Source of the DNA: Heterodontus francisci
Lineage: Eukaryota
NCBI RefSeq assembly: GCF_036365525.1
Contig: NC_090393.1
Coordinates: 51,212,904-51,276,903 of the forward strand
Direction: 5' to 3'
DNA length: 64,000 bases
A model generated the notes under the pieces. It saw only the letters and a program-made list of their open reading frames with translations, searched no databases and had not been told where the DNA came from. Each line of letters starts with the position of its first letter. The first letter of the stretch is position 1. Shown one piece after another: positions 62,098-64,000 of this stretch. The position numbers were made by a program, and so were the translations under genes.

Positions 62098-62849
62098 TGG
62101 GGGTCCAAAAGACAGTGTGTATGAAACCCATACCAGGTTATCAGTGGGCCTTCAGGTCGCTGTCAATGCAGAGGTGACCCTGCCTTGGCAGCTGTGCTTT
62201 TGCTATTTCTCCCAGCAGACTTCCTGATGGCCCTCAGTGCCCACCCTTGCTGATAGCCGACCCTCTCATCCAGCAGTATGGGCACTCAGTCATCTTACCC
62301 AACAGCTTGGACCCCGATACAGCCACCCAAACCGAACCCCCCCTTACAGACCACCTGAGATCCTGCTCAGCTGGCACACCCACCCGAGATCGTGATGCCC
62401 CTTGCAGAGCCCGAACACCCCTTGCAGAGCCTCAAGACCACCAGCTTTTAAAGGCCAGGAATCCAAAGTCATGTGAGGGCCGCCCATCGTCCACTTAATT
62501 TCAAACTGCAGCTCCCCCCCCCCCCCCACCCTGCATTGAAACGTGATGAATTAGATGCAAATGTATTAAAAGTAAATGCTCTGCAATTTAAATTGCACTC
62601 CCGTCATGTCAGGTTGGTGATGCAGCCTTGGTGCCTTTCCGCTGCTGACTAAATCCGGAACAGACGTTGCAACCCTGGATTTCCAGGCGGACGCTTCTGG
62701 CGCAATTCTCCGGTCCCCCCTTGCCACCTCCGCCTCCCCACCTCCCCCCCCCCCCCCCCATGCCGCCATTCCCTCTCCAAATGGCCGCACTAAATTCAGC
62801 CGTTCATGTGCTGATCCCACAGACGGCCCAGGACATTGAGATACTTGGA

Positions 62850-63545
62850 CATCCTCCCAAATCCAGGACCTCTACCACCTAGAAGGACAAGGGCAGCAAG
62901 CGCTTGGGAACACCACCACCTTCAATTTCCCCTCCAAGTCACACACCATCCTGACCTGGAAAAGGATTGCTGTTCCTTATTTGTCGTTGGATCAAAATCC
63001 TGGAATTCCCTAAGCAAACAGCACTGTAGTAGTTCAAGAGTAAGGCCCACCACTACCTTCTCAGGCCATTTAGGGATGGGCAATGAATTCTGGCCTTGCC
63101 AATGATGCCCACATCCCCAAAATGAATTAAAAAATAACTTTCACACCAATAAGTATCAGGTAATGACCATTGTAAACAAGGAAAGGCCCAATGGTACCAC
63201 TATCACTGACATCCCCCATATCAACATCAAGGGTGCTACCAATAGCCTGAAACCTAAATGGACCAGCCATATCAGTACTGTGTTTACGAGAGCAGGGCAA
63301 AAGCTATGTTCTCTGCAATGAGTGGCTCACTTTCTGATCCCTCAAAGCCTCTGTATCATCTATAAGGCTCAAGTCAGGAATGTGATGTAATATCCATCAT
63401 TCATCCAGATGGATGTAACTGTAACAGCACTCAAGGAGACTGACGCCATCTAGAACAGTGTAGTTCATTTGATCAATGTCTCCTACAGGACAAAATCTCC
63501 ATCCCCTCCATTACTGGTCACTGTGGCTACAGTATGTATTACTGG
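62850..63545 (+). mobile_element. Two fragments of the 51-kb LINE family
   Basis: LPNPGPLPPRRTRAA matches [11 protein letters not shown] at 51.3 kb; tail at about 63070-63135; second, more degraded piece at 63140-63545. Confidence 0.7.
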
Positions 63546-63592
63546 GCACAGAATTGGACTAGCAATCCAGAGGTTATGGGTTCAAATCCTAC

Positions 63593-64000
63593 TATAAGAG
63601 CATAGGAAACAGGAGTAGGCCATGTGGCTACTCAAGCCTGCTCCACCATTCAATAAGATCATGGCTGATCTTCAAACTCATCTCCATTTTCCTACAAGAT
63701 CCCCATATCCTTTGATTTCCTACAGTCCAAATATCTTTCAGTCTCAGCCTTGAATATACTCAATGACTGAGCATCCACAGCCCCCGGGGGAGAGAATTCC
63801 AAAGATTCACAACCCTCTGTGTGTAGATATTTCTCCTCATCTCAGTCTGAAATGGCCAACCCCTTATCCTGAGACTATGCCCCATTGGTTCTAGAATCTC
63901 CAGCCAGGAGAAACAGCCTCTCAGCATCTACCCTGTCAAGCCCACTCAGAATCTTTACTGTTTCAATGAGATCACCTCTCATTCTTCTGAAGAATATAGC
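63593..64000 (-). mobile_element. CR1 3' end, running off the window
   Basis: Closely resembles 5390-5780 (aggagtaggcc...gaattccaaagattcacaaccctctg...gtttcaatgagatcacctctcattctt). Confidence 0.9.

Larger units (their letters stand above)
59164..62801. mobile_element. Full-length degenerate PIF/Harbinger DNA transposon
   Basis: Perfect 14-bp TIRs ggctgaatttagtg / cactaaattcagcc enclose convergent Myb-like and transposase genes; no clean TSD. Confidence 0.92.

Overview
This is eukaryotic, repeat-dense vertebrate DNA. The SINE and LINE repertoire (HE1/V-SINE-like, DeuSINE-like, abundant CR1 and L2) points to a cartilaginous fish. The only host gene I can support is a + strand class II facilitative sugar transporter, SLC2A11/GLUT11-like. 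Eleven coding exons between 3518 and 57837 splice into one uninterrupted frame of 1491 nt (496 aa plus stop). Its first exon was not found, and one intron uses a GC donor. The introns and flanks hold a near-intact full-length CR1 LINE, many truncated CR1/L2 copies, a nested Gypsy relic, a solo LTR with a 4-bp TSD, a full-length degenerate two-gene Harbinger transposon, MITEs, Penelope-type fold-back elements with hammerhead-ribozyme cores, and several minisatellites. I see no convincing wholly new biological system. The best leads are: (i) the motif-divergent transporter, (ii) a minisatellite made of tandem branch-point/3' splice-site units just before the last exon, (iii) the hammerhead cores, and (iv) the CR1 with a duplicated 5' monomer and UAAUG-coupled ORFs. 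Family names and comparisons with human GLUT11 come from recall, not from database searches.
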